From contig CAVVPN010000003.1 of the NCBI GenBank assembly GCA_963750165.1, positions 1,408,001 to 1,472,000 of the forward strand: DNA of 64,000 nucleotides. The letters are read 5' to 3'. A program made the position numbers and the translations under genes. Position 1 is the first letter of the stretch; every line of letters begins with the position of its first letter. This DNA is from an uncultured Gemmataceae bacterium (lineage in GTDB: Bacteria; Planctomycetota; Planctomycetia; Gemmatales; Gemmataceae). This document shows, one piece after another, positions 32,260-41,867 of this stretch. The notes under the pieces were generated by a model that saw only the letters and a program-made list of their open reading frames with translations, had not been told where the DNA came from and did no database searches.

Positions 32260-32354
32260 GCTGACTGTCACGGATTGTGGAGCGGGTTTTTACGCCTTCG
32301 GCGTAAAGATCGGCCCAGTTGAGATTGCCCGCCTCACAATCCGTAACGGTCAGC
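32260..32354. other. 95-bp inverted-repeat element with inner TTCG hairpin, flanked by A-tracts
   Basis: gctgactgtcacggattgtggagcggg / cccgcctcacaatccgtaacggtcagc; inner tttacgcc-ttcg-gcgtaaa. Confidence 0.55.
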
Positions 32355-32443
32355 AAAAAACACCGTCGTCGCCTTGCACATCGACTCCGTTGAACCGCCC
32401 TTGGACAAGACGTTCCATCGACCGGGGCGCGCGGCGCCGCGGC

Positions 32444-33286
32444 TCACGCCGACAGCCCGGTCGTCGAGGGCACCTGACGGCCCAGCGGCGGCAGCCCCTC
32501 CAGGAACTCCGTCACGCACTTCTGAAACAGCAGCCCGTCCTCGATGGGCGGCGCATGGCCGACGCCCGGCAGCACCACCAGCCGCGACCCCGGCAGCCGC
32601 TCGTGCAGCCGTTCGCTGTAGCGCACCGGGCACACGCCATCGTCGGCGCCGGCGAGGACCAACACCGGGCAGCGGATGTCCTGCAGGCGCTCCTGGGCGT
32701 CGAAGCGGCGCATGGCGTCGAGCTGTCGAAGGAAGCCGTCCAGCGGCTGCGGCTGCGGATTCTGTTGCAGCAGCCAGCGCAACCAGGTGATGCGCTCCGA
32801 ACCCTCGAAGAAGCGCCAGCTAACCCACCAGGGCAGGATGGCGTCGAAGAACGCCGGCGTGTCCGCGACCTGGCGGCGGATCTTCTCGAAAGCCAGCAGG
32901 GTATTGCAGAACCAGTCGTCGGCCCGGTCAAGGGTGTCTGCCAGCACCAGGCTGCGAACGCATTCGGGGGCACGCAGCGCCAGCTCCTGCGCGATCATGC
33001 CGCCCATCGACAGGCCGATGACGTGCGCCGGCGGCAGGTCGAGGCGGCGCAGCAGGCCGGCGTAGTCGTCAGCGAGGTCGGCGATGCTGTAGGGCTGGCC
33101 GGGGTGGCGCGTCTGGCCGACATCGCGGTTGTCCGGGGCCAGGGCACGGAACTTTTTGGCGAAGCCGCGCAGCTGGGCGGTCCAGTAGAGATGGTCGCCG
33201 CTCAGGCCGTTGAGGAATAACACGGGGTCACCCACGCCCTTGTCGGCGTAGAACAGTTCGATCGGCGGCAGGGAACTCCAGGGCAT
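32444..33286 (-). CDS. Alpha/beta hydrolase
   Basis: DNRDVG, GLSMGG nucleophile elbow, GADD, GVGH. Confidence 0.9.
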   Translation of the reverse strand: MPWSSLPPIELFYADKGVGDPVLFLNGLSGDHLYWTAQLRGFAKKFRALAPDNRDVGQTRHPGQPYSIADLADDYAGLLRRLDLPPAHVIGLSMGGMIAQELALRAPECVRSLVLADTLDRADDWFCNTLLAFEKIRRQVADTPAFFDAILPWWVSWRFFEGSERITWLRWLLQQNPQPQPLDGFLRQLDAMRRFDAQERLQDIRCPVLVLAGADDGVCPVRYSERLHERLPGSRLVVLPGVGHAPPIEDGLLFQKCVTEFLEGLPPLGRQVPSTTGLSA

Positions 33287-33380
33287 CGCGGATTCCTTTC
33301 CTGGCAAGCAGAGAAAACGTCGTCCGCCATTGTGCCGTTCACCGCGCGGCGGGTCAATGGCGTCCGCGGCTCACCTCATG

Positions 33381-33443
33381 GATCGAAGCCCAAGCACCAG
33401 CGCGGGGCCTGCTTGGCCCCGCGCTGGTGCTCGGGCTCCGATC
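33381..33443. repeat. REP palindrome (same family as 26136)
   Basis: gaagcccaagcaccagcgcggggcc...ggccccgcgctggtgctcgggctc. Confidence 0.85.
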
Positions 33444-33469
33444 TGAAACAAGCGCCGGTGTGGTGACGA

Positions 33470-34594
33470 TTACTGCTTGACCGTCAGGGAGTAGAACCCC
33501 GTGGCGTTCGCATAGGTCGTGGCGATGACGCGGTAAGTGCCGGTTGCGGTGGGCGTGAAGACGATGCGGCTATCGAGGCCGTCGAAGTCGTCATTGAAGG
33601 CCAGCTGTTCGCCGGTGGCGTTCTCCAACCGCAGGTAGGGGTCCACCATGCCGCTCTTCATGTCGATCACGTAGCGGATGCCCTTCTGCAAGGTCACGTT
33701 GAACACCTGGCAGTGCGAGTTCGTCCGCACCCGGTCCTTCGCGTTCTTGGCGGTCAAACGGCCGTGGACCGCCAGCAGCGCCGGCCGCACCCGGGCCAGG
33801 GCCAGGTTGCCCGAGATCGACGGCGAGCAGTCGATCTCGCCGTCCTGGATCGGAGCGCCCAGCATCTTGTGGACGCGGGCCTGTGCGTAGCTGCGGACCT
33901 CCTTCAGGGTGACGACGCCATCGCCGTTGAAGTCAGCCTGGCCATCCAGGGCTTCATCGACCGCCTTGGCGAAGGCGCTGTAGCCCTTGTTGCTCAGGCA
34001 GACGCTCGTCTGGCCGGCCATGCTCGCGGTCAGCAGCACGATGCCGCCCCGGGCCGGCTCGGTGTGCCGCTGGAGCACGTCGCGGGCCATGATCCGCAGC
34101 TGCCCGGAGAAGCAGGCGTCGATCAGGATGATGACCTTTTTGCCCTCACTGGCCAGGGTGTCGGCCAGGTTGAGCATATCGCGGCCGGACACCTGCTGCT
34201 CGTCCACGGCCATGAAGCCCCAGTTGGTGCCGGTGCCGCAGTTGTGGCCGCTGGCGATCAGCACCACCCAGTCGCCCGCCTTGCCCTGCTGGCTCAGCCG
34301 ATCCATCGCCTTCAGGATGTCCTGCCGGCGGATTTCGTTGTCCTTGACGCGCACGTCCAGGTAGACCTTGCCGAACAGCTTGCCCTCCTGCGCCTTGAAA
34401 CGGTTCGCCAGGTAGATGGCGTCGTTGGCACAGCCCGGCAGTTTCTTCTGCTTGGGGTAGTTCTCGACGCCGATGCTGAGCACGTGGCACGCCGGCAGCG
34501 GGTCGTTGGCCCGGGCGGTGGAGGCTGCCAGGAACAGACTGGCCAGCGCGGCAGCCCAGAGGAGACGCTTTCCGTTGTGGTAGATCCGTTGCAT
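33470..34594 (-). CDS. Secreted caspase-family protein with C-terminal PPC-like domain
   Basis: Signal peptide, LPGCANDA, SGH and IDACFSG dyad, DFNGDGVVT, DPYLRLE..NDD..DSRIVF..TGTYRVIAT. Confidence 0.85.
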   Translation of the reverse strand: MQRIYHNGKRLLWAAALASLFLAASTARANDPLPACHVLSIGVENYPKQKKLPGCANDAIYLANRFKAQEGKLFGKVYLDVRVKDNEIRRQDILKAMDRLSQQGKAGDWVVLIASGHNCGTGTNWGFMAVDEQQVSGRDMLNLADTLASEGKKVIILIDACFSGQLRIMARDVLQRHTEPARGGIVLLTASMAGQTSVCLSNKGYSAFAKAVDEALDGQADFNGDGVVTLKEVRSYAQARVHKMLGAPIQDGEIDCSPSISGNLALARVRPALLAVHGRLTAKNAKDRVRTNSHCQVFNVTLQKGIRYVIDMKSGMVDPYLRLENATGEQLAFNDDFDGLDSRIVFTPTATGTYRVIATTYANATGFYSLTVKQ

Positions 34595-34736
34595 TGCTTT
34601 GCCCTTTCCTCAGAAGAACAGCGATGATGATTTCCGGGAAGTCGCCGGGCCCCCTTTGGCCCTGCCGTTCGTTCCCGTGTGCAGTTCTCTAACGGGAGGG
34701 GACGCCGTTGTGACAAACGCGGGGAGGATTTTTTTC

Positions 34737-34889
34737 TGCCGCTTGCGGCTTAACGCTCCGCAACTCTTCAGTCGCCTCGAAGGAACGTCTCAATCACCGT
34801 GCGTGAATGTATAGCATAAGATTCAGGCAGCTGCCTTCGCTGAGGGTACTGCGGCGGTTGGGTTTTTGTAAGTTGAGTCGTAAGCGGCA
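34737..34889. other. Imperfect long hairpin / inverted-repeat element
   Basis: tgccgcttgcggcttaac / gttgagtcgtaagcggca ends; inner pairs ccgca/tgcgg and cgaagg/ccttcg. Confidence 0.45.
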
Positions 34890-34932
34890 AAGAAACAATC
34901 GGCCAACCTCTTCATCAACTGGGTATCGATTC

Positions 34933-35915
34933 ATGCGTGTGCTGTTGACGGGCGGCTACGGCTGCATCGGCTGCTGGATCGCGCGACAGCTGTTGGAGCG
35001 CGGCGACCAGGTGTGCATCTACGACCTGAAGGAGGACCACCGCCGGCTGCGGTTGATCCTCGACGACGAGCGTATCCGGCAAATCCGCTTCATCCCCGGC
35101 GACGTGACAGACCTGGCGGCCCTGCGCGGCGCCTGGACGCGCACCAGATCACGCACCTGGTTCACCTGGCGGGCCTGCAGGTGCCGACGTGCCGGGCGGA
35201 CCCGCTGCTCGGCGCGAAGGTGAATGTGCTGGGCACGCTGGCGGTGTTTGAGGCGGTGCGGCAGTCGGGCGGTCGGGTGCAGCGGCTTGTGTATGCCAGC
35301 TCGGCGGCGGTGTTCGGGCCGCCGGGCGACTATCCGCCGGGGCCGCTCGACGACGACGTGCCGCTGCGGCCGACGACGCACTACGGCTACTTCAAGTGCT
35401 GCAACGAGGGCAACGCCCGCACTTACTTTCAGGATCACGGCCTGTCGAGCATTGGTCTGCGGCCGTGGACGGTGTACGGCGTCGGCCGCGACTTCGGCAT
35501 GACCAGCGAACCGACCAGGGCCATCAAGTCGCTGGCGCTGGGCCGGCCCTATCACATCACCTACGGCGGCGTGCAGGACCTGCAATACGTCGAGGACGTG
35601 GCGGGGGTGTTCGTGCGCTGCCTGGAGGCGCCGTACCAGGGCGCGAAGTCGTACAACCTGCGCGGCGACGTGGTTGATCTACCGACGTTCCACCGGGCGC
35701 TGGTGGAGGTCGAGCCGGCGGCGGCGCAGCTGGTCACGTATGGCGAGCGGCAGATCGCGATTGCCTACGACCTGTCCGACGCGGCACTGCAGCGCGACCT
35801 GGGACCACTGCCGCGGACGCCGCTGGGCGAGGGTGTGCGGTGGACGCTGCGGCAGTTTCGTGAGCTGCGGGCGGCGGGGCGGCTGGACACGTATGATCTG
35901 GAGGCGGTCGCCTGA
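34933..35915 (+). CDS. NAD-dependent epimerase/dehydratase (extended SDR); frameshift near 35133
   Basis: VLLTGGYGCIG in the first frame; VHLAG, YASSAAVFG, YGYFK, LRPWTVYG in the second. Confidence 0.85.
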
Positions 35916-35960
35916 CCGTTTGCGGAGGATGCATCCCCGTAGCTGCGCCGGGATCGCTTT

Positions 35961-36019
35961 GTGGGACGGCTCTCCAGAGCCATCGGAGCGCCTCCGACGG
36001 CTCTGGAGAGCCGTCCCAC
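35961..36019. repeat. Naked REP doublet (family of 5808 and 14719; a single unit also near 43867-43890)
   Basis: gtgggacggctctccagagcc...gacggctctggagagccgtcccac. Confidence 0.9.
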
Positions 36020-36072
36020 GAAGGTGATTCGCTGCCCCTGCAACGCGGGATACACCCGATTGCGGATTCTTC

Positions 36073-36204
36073 GAGGCGGTCGCCTTCCTGAAGACGCGGC
36101 TGAAGCCGGCGGCCGCCGCGGACCCGAAGCGGCTGGAAAAGCTGTCCGCGGACCCGGACGCCAAGCAGTTTGCCACGCGCCAGCAGGCGGCCAAGGACCT
36201 CGAC
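36073..36204 (+). pseudogene. Orphan fragment resembling the helical C-terminal module of planctomycete WD40 proteins
   Basis: Reads EAVAFLKTRLKPAAAADPKRLEKLSADPDAKQFATRQQAAKDL with no start codon or RBS. Confidence 0.45.
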
Positions 36205-36267
36205 ATGGTTACAATCGAGATGGATGGTTTGCTGGAATTCGACCAGGAACTCAAGGGAGACGAACGC

Positions 36268-36605
36268 ATGGCCTCTGTCCCTGGGGAGCAGACCCCAGCC
36301 GCCCAGCCGGCGGAGACGGTCGAGGAACGCTTTCGGCGCCTGGCAGCGGCCTGGCACAAGGCGGTCGCCCATCACTCCTCGACCACAGTGCGAAATAACC
36401 ATCCCGCCTACCGGGAGATCATTGCCCTGGGCCCAGAGGTTCTGCCGTTCCTCCTGCGCGATCTGGAAGAGAACCACACCCACTGGTTCTACGCCCTGCG
36501 AGAGATCACGGGGGCCAACCCTATCCCGGAGAACGCGGCGGGTAACATCCCGTTGCTGGCGGAAGCCTGGCTGCGCTGGCGCGGGAGCACGGCCACCGAT
36601 GGTAG
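36268..36605 (+). CDS. Small helical hypothetical protein (1-nt frameshift near 36578)
   Basis: AAGGGAG RBS; HPAYREIIALG..LPFLLRDL..HWFYALREITGANP..AWLRW; restored end REHGHRW* overlaps the next ATG. Confidence 0.7.
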
Positions 36606-36823
36606 ACCCGCTGGTGGAACTCTTTCCCGGCCTGACCAGGGGCGGTTACCGCAGCACCAGCCCGAAGGACAAGAAGTACAACTGTATCGCCCACGCCGCC
36701 GCGGATGACGGGCGCTGGTGGGGGCCGACCCCTCTCAATGTCAATGAAGTCTTCTGGCCTGCCGGCTGGCGCGTTGCGTCTGCCAGCGCCTTTCGGGCCG
36801 GTCGCAAAGCGACGCCCGAGTGA
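36599..36823 (+). pseudogene. Truncated partner gene with YNCIA motif
   Basis: MVDPLVELFPGL..YRSTSP..YNCIAHAA..WWGP..FWP, then coding character appears to stop. Confidence 0.5.
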
Positions 36824-36949
36824 GCGCATCCGGGTTGGTGCGGGTAGCGCCGCGTTCAGGGCCTCAAGAACAAGTTGTCCGCCCGCCAAACCCTGCTACG
36901 ATGGACATGGGCCCCGTCCGCCGCGGTTCGCTTCAGGAGTTTGCCGACC

Positions 36950-38935
36950 ATGCAGCTTGCCGACGTTCTGTCCCTGCTGGCCCTGCGTCAGATCTCCCCC
37001 TCGCCGACGACCGACGCGCTGGCCGAGCGCCTGCGCGGCGCCGGCTCGCGGCTAACCGGCGCCCTGCAACACGCCCTGCACCGCGCCTGGCAGGCGCTGG
37101 AAGTCGTGCTGGCCGGCGATGGCTTCTGGGACGGCTGCCAGGTGTTCCTCGACGCCGCGGCGTGTACCCGACTGAAGCAACAGGTGCAGCTGCTGCGGAC
37201 CGCGGCATTGCCTGGAAAATCCGCCGGCCGCGCCAGCGTACTGCGGCCCGCCTGCGGTCGTGAGCTGCGTGCCCTGCGCCGCGCCGGCCTGCTGACGCCC
37301 GCCGGCGGCACCGGCGAACGCCTGGCCGAGCACGCCCCACTGCTGGCCCCTGACCTGCCGGACGCGGAGGCCGAACTGCTCCGCCGCCTGCGCGACGAGT
37401 TACGCCGCGTCCAGGCGCCGACGCTGGCCACGCTCTTCGACTCCACCCCGGGCAGTGAACCGCCACTGCTGCTGGTGGCCGTGCGCTGCCTGCTGCGGCA
37501 GGAGATTCTGGCCCAGCCGGAGCTGACGCAGTTGCTGCCGCTGGACGAGCGCCGGCTGGCGCCGCCGACGCAGATGGTGGCGCTGATGGGGCTGTGCGAT
37601 CTGCTGGTCGAGCATGGCCGTGGGCTGCAGGAGTGGCTGGCCGAGGACGCGACGCCGGCGCCGAGCCGCGCAGCAGGCAAGTCGGCCGCGCAGCAGGCGC
37701 AGCAGGGTGACACCGGCAGCGCCGCCGCTGCCCCGGCGACCGCCACCGCCAGCGCCGCCGCGGCCGCCGCCCCCGGTGCGGCCGCCCCACCGCCCGCGGA
37801 CGCCGACCCCGGTGGCGACGACGGCAAGAAAAAATACACGCCACGGCAGCGACTGCTGGCTGCGGCGGTGGTGCTGGCCTGCCTGGCGGTGCCGGCCCTG
37901 ATCGTCTTCTGGTTCTTCCAGCTCCATGCCGTCCGCGAGGTGCAGCGCTTCGAGGGCCACGAAAAACCGGTCACCGCCGTGGCGCTGTCGGCCGACGGCA
38001 AGCTGGTGCTGTCCGCCGGCCTCGACAGGACGCTGCGAGTCTGGGACGCCGAGACCGGCAAGGAGCTGCGCCGCCTGGAGGGCGACGACGGCCACAAGCA
38101 GCCGGTGTACAGCGTGCTGTTCGCGCCGGAGGGCCGCCTGGCCCTGGCGATCAGCGAGGATCGCGCCACCCTCTGGGACGTGGACGCCGGCAAACTCGTC
38201 AACGGCATCTACTTCCAGGAGGGGGTGTCGGGCCACGGCTACTTCCTCAAGGGCGCAGCGTATCTGCTGACGTTCAACGGGCGGACGCATGACTGCATCG
38301 TCTGGCGAATCGACCAGGCGCCGCGGCCGGGCGGCATGTTCAAGACGCCGCTGTCGTCGCGGATCCTCAAATTCCCCGGGCCAAAGATGGCCGTCTACAG
38401 CATCGCCATCGATCCCGAAGGCAAGCACATCGCCTTCGGCGGTTACAGGGACATCGTGCTGTACGAGGTTGTGACGGGCAAGGAAGTGGCCCGGCTCGAG
38501 GGACACACCGACATCGTGCTGAGCCTGGCGTTTTCGCCGGACGGCAAGCGGCTGGTCTCCGGCGGCGAGGATCTGGCGCTGCGGTTGTGGAACCTGGAAA
38601 CGGGCAAGACGCTGGCCAAACGGGAGGGCAAGGACGGCCATCACAGTCAGGTGGTGTGCGTGGCCTTCGCACCGGATGGCAAGCGCGTGCTGACCGGCAG
38701 CACCGGCACCAAGGGCCGCCTGGGCGAGAAGAAGGACGTGACCGACCGCCGTACGCTGCGCGTCTGGGAGATCACCGACCCCGATCCGCGCACCGGCGAA
38801 GTTTTCCTGTACGAGGAGCGGCTCTTCGAGGTGCCCTACGGGGCCATCCGGGCGGCGGCCTTCTCGGCGGAGGGCGACCGGGTGGTGTCCGGTGGCGACG
38901 ACCTGTGCGTGCGGCTGTGGCAGCTGCCGCGCTAG
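36950..38935 (+). CDS. Membrane-anchored WD40-repeat protein with uncharacterised helical N-terminal domain
   Basis: AGGAG RBS, Ala/Pro linker, TM, then GH..V..VAFS.DG....SG..D..LRLW repeats. Confidence 0.85.
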   Translation: MQLADVLSLLALRQISPSPTTDALAERLRGAGSRLTGALQHALHRAWQALEVVLAGDGFWDGCQVFLDAAACTRLKQQVQLLRTAALPGKSAGRASVLRPACGRELRALRRAGLLTPAGGTGERLAEHAPLLAPDLPDAEAELLRRLRDELRRVQAPTLATLFDSTPGSEPPLLLVAVRCLLRQEILAQPELTQLLPLDERRLAPPTQMVALMGLCDLLVEHGRGLQEWLAEDATPAPSRAAGKSAAQQAQQGDTGSAAAAPATATASAAAAAAPGAAAPPPADADPGGDDGKKKYTPRQRLLAAAVVLACLAVPALIVFWFFQLHAVREVQRFEGHEKPVTAVALSADGKLVLSAGLDRTLRVWDAETGKELRRLEGDDGHKQPVYSVLFAPEGRLALAISEDRATLWDVDAGKLVNGIYFQEGVSGHGYFLKGAAYLLTFNGRTHDCIVWRIDQAPRPGGMFKTPLSSRILKFPGPKMAVYSIAIDPEGKHIAFGGYRDIVLYEVVTGKEVARLEGHTDIVLSLAFSPDGKRLVSGGEDLALRLWNLETGKTLAKREGKDGHHSQVVCVAFAPDGKRVLTGSTGTKGRLGEKKDVTDRRTLRVWEITDPDPRTGEVFLYEERLFEVPYGAIRAAAFSAEGDRVVSGGDDLCVRLWQLPR

Positions 38936-38942
38936 CCCGGAG

Positions 38943-39097
38943 GATTCACCACAGAGCACGCGGAGTGCGCAGAGAACAGACAAAGCGGATCCACAGATGA
39001 CACAGATAATACAGATAAAAACCAATTCAAATGTCTTTATCTATGTCATCTGTGGATCGATTCCTCGGTCTTCTCTCGGCGTGCTCTGTGGTGAATC
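38943..39097. repeat. Nested nonamer-armed palindrome
   Basis: Outer gattcaccacagagcacg/cgtgctctgtggtgaatc; inner gatccacagatgacacagataa/ttatctatgtcatctgtggatc. Confidence 0.85.
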
Positions 39098-39121
39098 ATT
39101 CGGGATAAGAGGGTGCCGCCG

Positions 39122-39535
39122 ATGCCGCTGAAGACCAAGCGCTGGAACGATCCCGCCGAGCGCAGCGATGGCCTGCGATTGCTGATCTGCCGTTACCGGC
39201 CGCGGGCGCTGCCGAAGGAGGATGAAACCTGGGACGCCTGGTGTCAGCAACTGGCACCGAGCAAGGAACTGCACGCGGACTACTACGGCAAGCACGGGCC
39301 GCCGATCACGCTGGAGGAGTACACGCGCCGCTTCCTGCAGGAGATGGAGGCGCAACAGGAGTTCCTGGACGAGATCGCAGCAATGGTGGCGGAGGGCAAG
39401 ACGGTGACGCTGCTGTGCTCGTCGGCGTGCGTCGATGCGGCGAAGTGTCACCGCACGCTGCTACGGCGACTGATCGAGGCGCGGCTCTCCGGTGGAATTA
39501 CCCCTGGCCAAGTCGCGCCGCGGCCGGCAGAATAG
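39122..39535 (+). CDS. DUF488 (YeaO-like) protein
   Basis: DGLRLLICRYRPR, WCQQLAPSKEL, VTLLC, CHR. Confidence 0.8.
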   Translation: MPLKTKRWNDPAERSDGLRLLICRYRPRALPKEDETWDAWCQQLAPSKELHADYYGKHGPPITLEEYTRRFLQEMEAQQEFLDEIAAMVAEGKTVTLLCSSACVDAAKCHRTLLRRLIEARLSGGITPGQVAPRPAE

Positions 39536-39597
39536 CCCTGCGTTGACGCCGAACCGTAAGGGCGTTCGGACCTGGTGCAATTCGAGGATGTGTTGCC

Positions 39598-40389
39598 ATG
39601 TGGAAATTTGCGGCCATCGCGGTGGCGGTTCTGGGCCTGACGGCGAGCGCGGCCGACGCGCTGGAGCTGAAGAACGTCCGCTCTACCTACGGCCCCTTCG
39701 GCTCAGTGCGGCCCGGCAACAAGTTCATGTCGGGCGACTCCATCGTGCTGCAATACGACATCGACGGCCTGCAATTCGACAAGGACACCAACAACGTCAG
39801 TTACACCGCCACCGTGGAAGTGTTTAACGCCAAGAAGGAGTCGATCTTCAAGAAGGCGACGCCCGTCCGCCTGCAGGTCGTGCTCGGCGGGCCGACCGTC
39901 ACCGGCTACGGCGGGATCCTGCTAAACGACCTGAAGCCCGGCGCCTATCGCGCCAAAATCACCGTCGTGGACAAGGCCAACGACAAGTCCACCTCGTTCG
40001 ACTACGCCTTTGAAATCCTGCCGCAGGAGTTCGGCTTCGTCCACCCGTACCTGCCAGCCTACTGGTACCTCAACGGCGGCGAGTACGCGGGGCAGATCGC
40101 CGTCGTCGGCATGGGCCGCGACGCCAAAAAAATGGCCAACGTGGACATCCTCGTCAAGATCCTCGACGAGCAGGGCAAGCCGACCCTGACCAAACCGTGG
40201 TCCCTGAACGTGCCCAGGGACATCCCCGAAGAATACAGAGACAAGGACTTCTTCCCGGTGCTGATCGCGCTGACCCTGACACGCACCGGCACGTTTCGCG
40301 TCCAGGTCGAGGCCATCGACCGGGTTTCCAAGAAGACCGCCAAGCTCAGCTTCCCGCTCAAGGTGGTTGATCCCAGCGCGGTCAAGTGA
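39598..40389 (+). CDS. Secreted hypothetical protein with two beta-sandwich-like repeats
   Basis: Signal peptide; duplicated pattern GAYRAKITVVD / GTFRVQVEAID; strong coding bias. Confidence 0.7.
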   Translation: MWKFAAIAVAVLGLTASAADALELKNVRSTYGPFGSVRPGNKFMSGDSIVLQYDIDGLQFDKDTNNVSYTATVEVFNAKKESIFKKATPVRLQVVLGGPTVTGYGGILLNDLKPGAYRAKITVVDKANDKSTSFDYAFEILPQEFGFVHPYLPAYWYLNGGEYAGQIAVVGMGRDAKKMANVDILVKILDEQGKPTLTKPWSLNVPRDIPEEYRDKDFFPVLIALTLTRTGTFRVQVEAIDRVSKKTAKLSFPLKVVDPSAVK

Positions 40390-40512
40390 GCGCCGGGAGC
40401 ATCATGTACGGTGAGCCGTGAGCCTCGGGCGAGCGCCGGTCGCGCTCCCCCGAGGCTCGCGGCCAAACGGGTTGCGACGCCCGTCGCCACGGACCCCTAC
40501 AAAGAGGCAGCC

Positions 40513-41121
40513 ATGACCCCAACGCAGCAGCAAATCGCCCAGTTCCGCAAGATGGCGACGGATGACCCCGAGAACGAACTGGCTCATTTCCGCCTGGGCC
40601 AGCTGCTCATGAACGAGCAGCAGTTCGCCGAGGCGGCCGACAGCTTGCGGTGCACCCTGGTGCTGAGTCCGCAATTCTCCAAGGCGTTTCAGCTACTCGG
40701 CGCCTGCCTGATGCAACTGGGCCGCCACGACGAGGCCGTGCGCGTGCTCCGGGACGGCTACGCCGTCGCCAGCGCGCGCGGCGACAACATCCCGCGTGAG
40801 GAGATGGCCAAATTGCTCGTGGAACTGGGCGAAGCGCCGCCCGCGGCGGCGCGCGGCCCGGCGGCCGGCGGCGCCGCCACCGGCTTCCGCTGCTCAGCGC
40901 CGCGCTGCGTGGCCGGTGCCGCGGCCCGGCGGCTGCCGAAGCCGCCAATGAACGACGCGCTGGGCCGCGAGATTTACGAGCGCGTCTGCGCCGACTGCTG
41001 GGAGCAGTGGTTGCGGCGCGACAGCATCAAGGTCATCAACGAGGGCCACCTGGACCTGAGCACCGAACAGGGCCAGACGTTTTACGATCACTTCATGCGC
41101 GAGATGCTCGGCCTCGTCTGA
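40513..41121 (+). CDS. TPR domain fused to an Fe(II)-trafficking YggX-like domain
   Basis: TPR-like AHFRLG..AFQLLG; C-terminal LGREIYERVCADCWEQW..KVINEGHLDL. Confidence 0.75.
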   Translation: MTPTQQQIAQFRKMATDDPENELAHFRLGQLLMNEQQFAEAADSLRCTLVLSPQFSKAFQLLGACLMQLGRHDEAVRVLRDGYAVASARGDNIPREEMAKLLVELGEAPPAAARGPAAGGAATGFRCSAPRCVAGAAARRLPKPPMNDALGREIYERVCADCWEQWLRRDSIKVINEGHLDLSTEQGQTFYDHFMREMLGLV

Positions 41122-41136
41122 GCCTGGGGAGTAACC

Positions 41137-41787
41137 ATGCAGCCCGACGGATGCGAATACCTGGTGAACCACGGCAAGAGCGGGGCCGTTGGCCGCTTCG
41201 TCTCGGCGGCGCCGCTCGGGCTGCAGCGCGGCGACCGGGTGGTGGTGCGTTCGCGGCGCGGTCTGGAGGTCGGCACTGTGCTGTGTCCGGCGAACGCGCG
41301 GCACGCGCGCTTGCTGGTCGGCGTGCTGGTCGGTGAACTGCTGCGGTCGGCCGGGGTGGACGACGATGCGGCGCTGGTGCGGCTGCAACCGCTGGCACAG
41401 CGGCTGTTCGACGACAGCCGCCGACTGGTGCGCGAGCTGGACCTGCCCGCGGAGGTGCTCGACGTGGAGGTGCTGCTGGACGGCCGGGCGGTTGTGCAGC
41501 ACGTCCAGGCGGCGGCGTGCGACTGGGAGCCATTCGTCGCCGCCCTGGGGCGGCACGGCGTGGACGTTCTGCTGGAAGACCTGGCGCTGCCCGCGGAGCC
41601 GGAGGCGTCGTCAGCGAGCGGCTGTGGCGAGCCGAACTGCGGCCGTGCTGGCGGTGGGGGCGGTTGCTCCACCTGTGGCAGCGGCGGCGGCTGTTCGTCA
41701 TGCGGTTCGGGCGGCGTGGACTTGCAGGCGTACTTCGCTCACCTACGCGACAAGATGGAGCAGACTCAGCGAACGTCGTTGCTATAG
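41137..41787 (+). CDS. PSP1/YaaT(RicT)-like protein with Cys/Gly-rich tail
   Basis: RGDRVVVRSRRGLEVGTV, LDVEVLLDG, tail CGEPNC..CSTC..CSSC. Confidence 0.7.
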   Translation: MQPDGCEYLVNHGKSGAVGRFVSAAPLGLQRGDRVVVRSRRGLEVGTVLCPANARHARLLVGVLVGELLRSAGVDDDAALVRLQPLAQRLFDDSRRLVRELDLPAEVLDVEVLLDGRAVVQHVQAAACDWEPFVAALGRHGVDVLLEDLALPAEPEASSASGCGEPNCGRAGGGGGCSTCGSGGGCSSCGSGGVDLQAYFAHLRDKMEQTQRTSLL

Positions 41788-41799
41788 GAGCAAGTTCGA

Positions 41800-41850
41800 G
41801 TCGGAGCCCGAGCGTCAGCGCGGGGCCAGCGCTGGCGCTCGGGCTCCGAC
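41800..41850. repeat. REP palindrome (same family as 26136)
   Basis: gtcggagcccgagcgtcagcgc..gcgctggcgctcgggctccgac. Confidence 0.85.
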
Positions 41851-41867
41851 CCGAAGCACGAACCGCC

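Noticed and set aside
34748..34878. GCTTAAC...GTTGAGT ends resembling an integron attC site
   Set aside because: Single site, no integrase or cassette array, and spacing of the inner arms is asymmetric.
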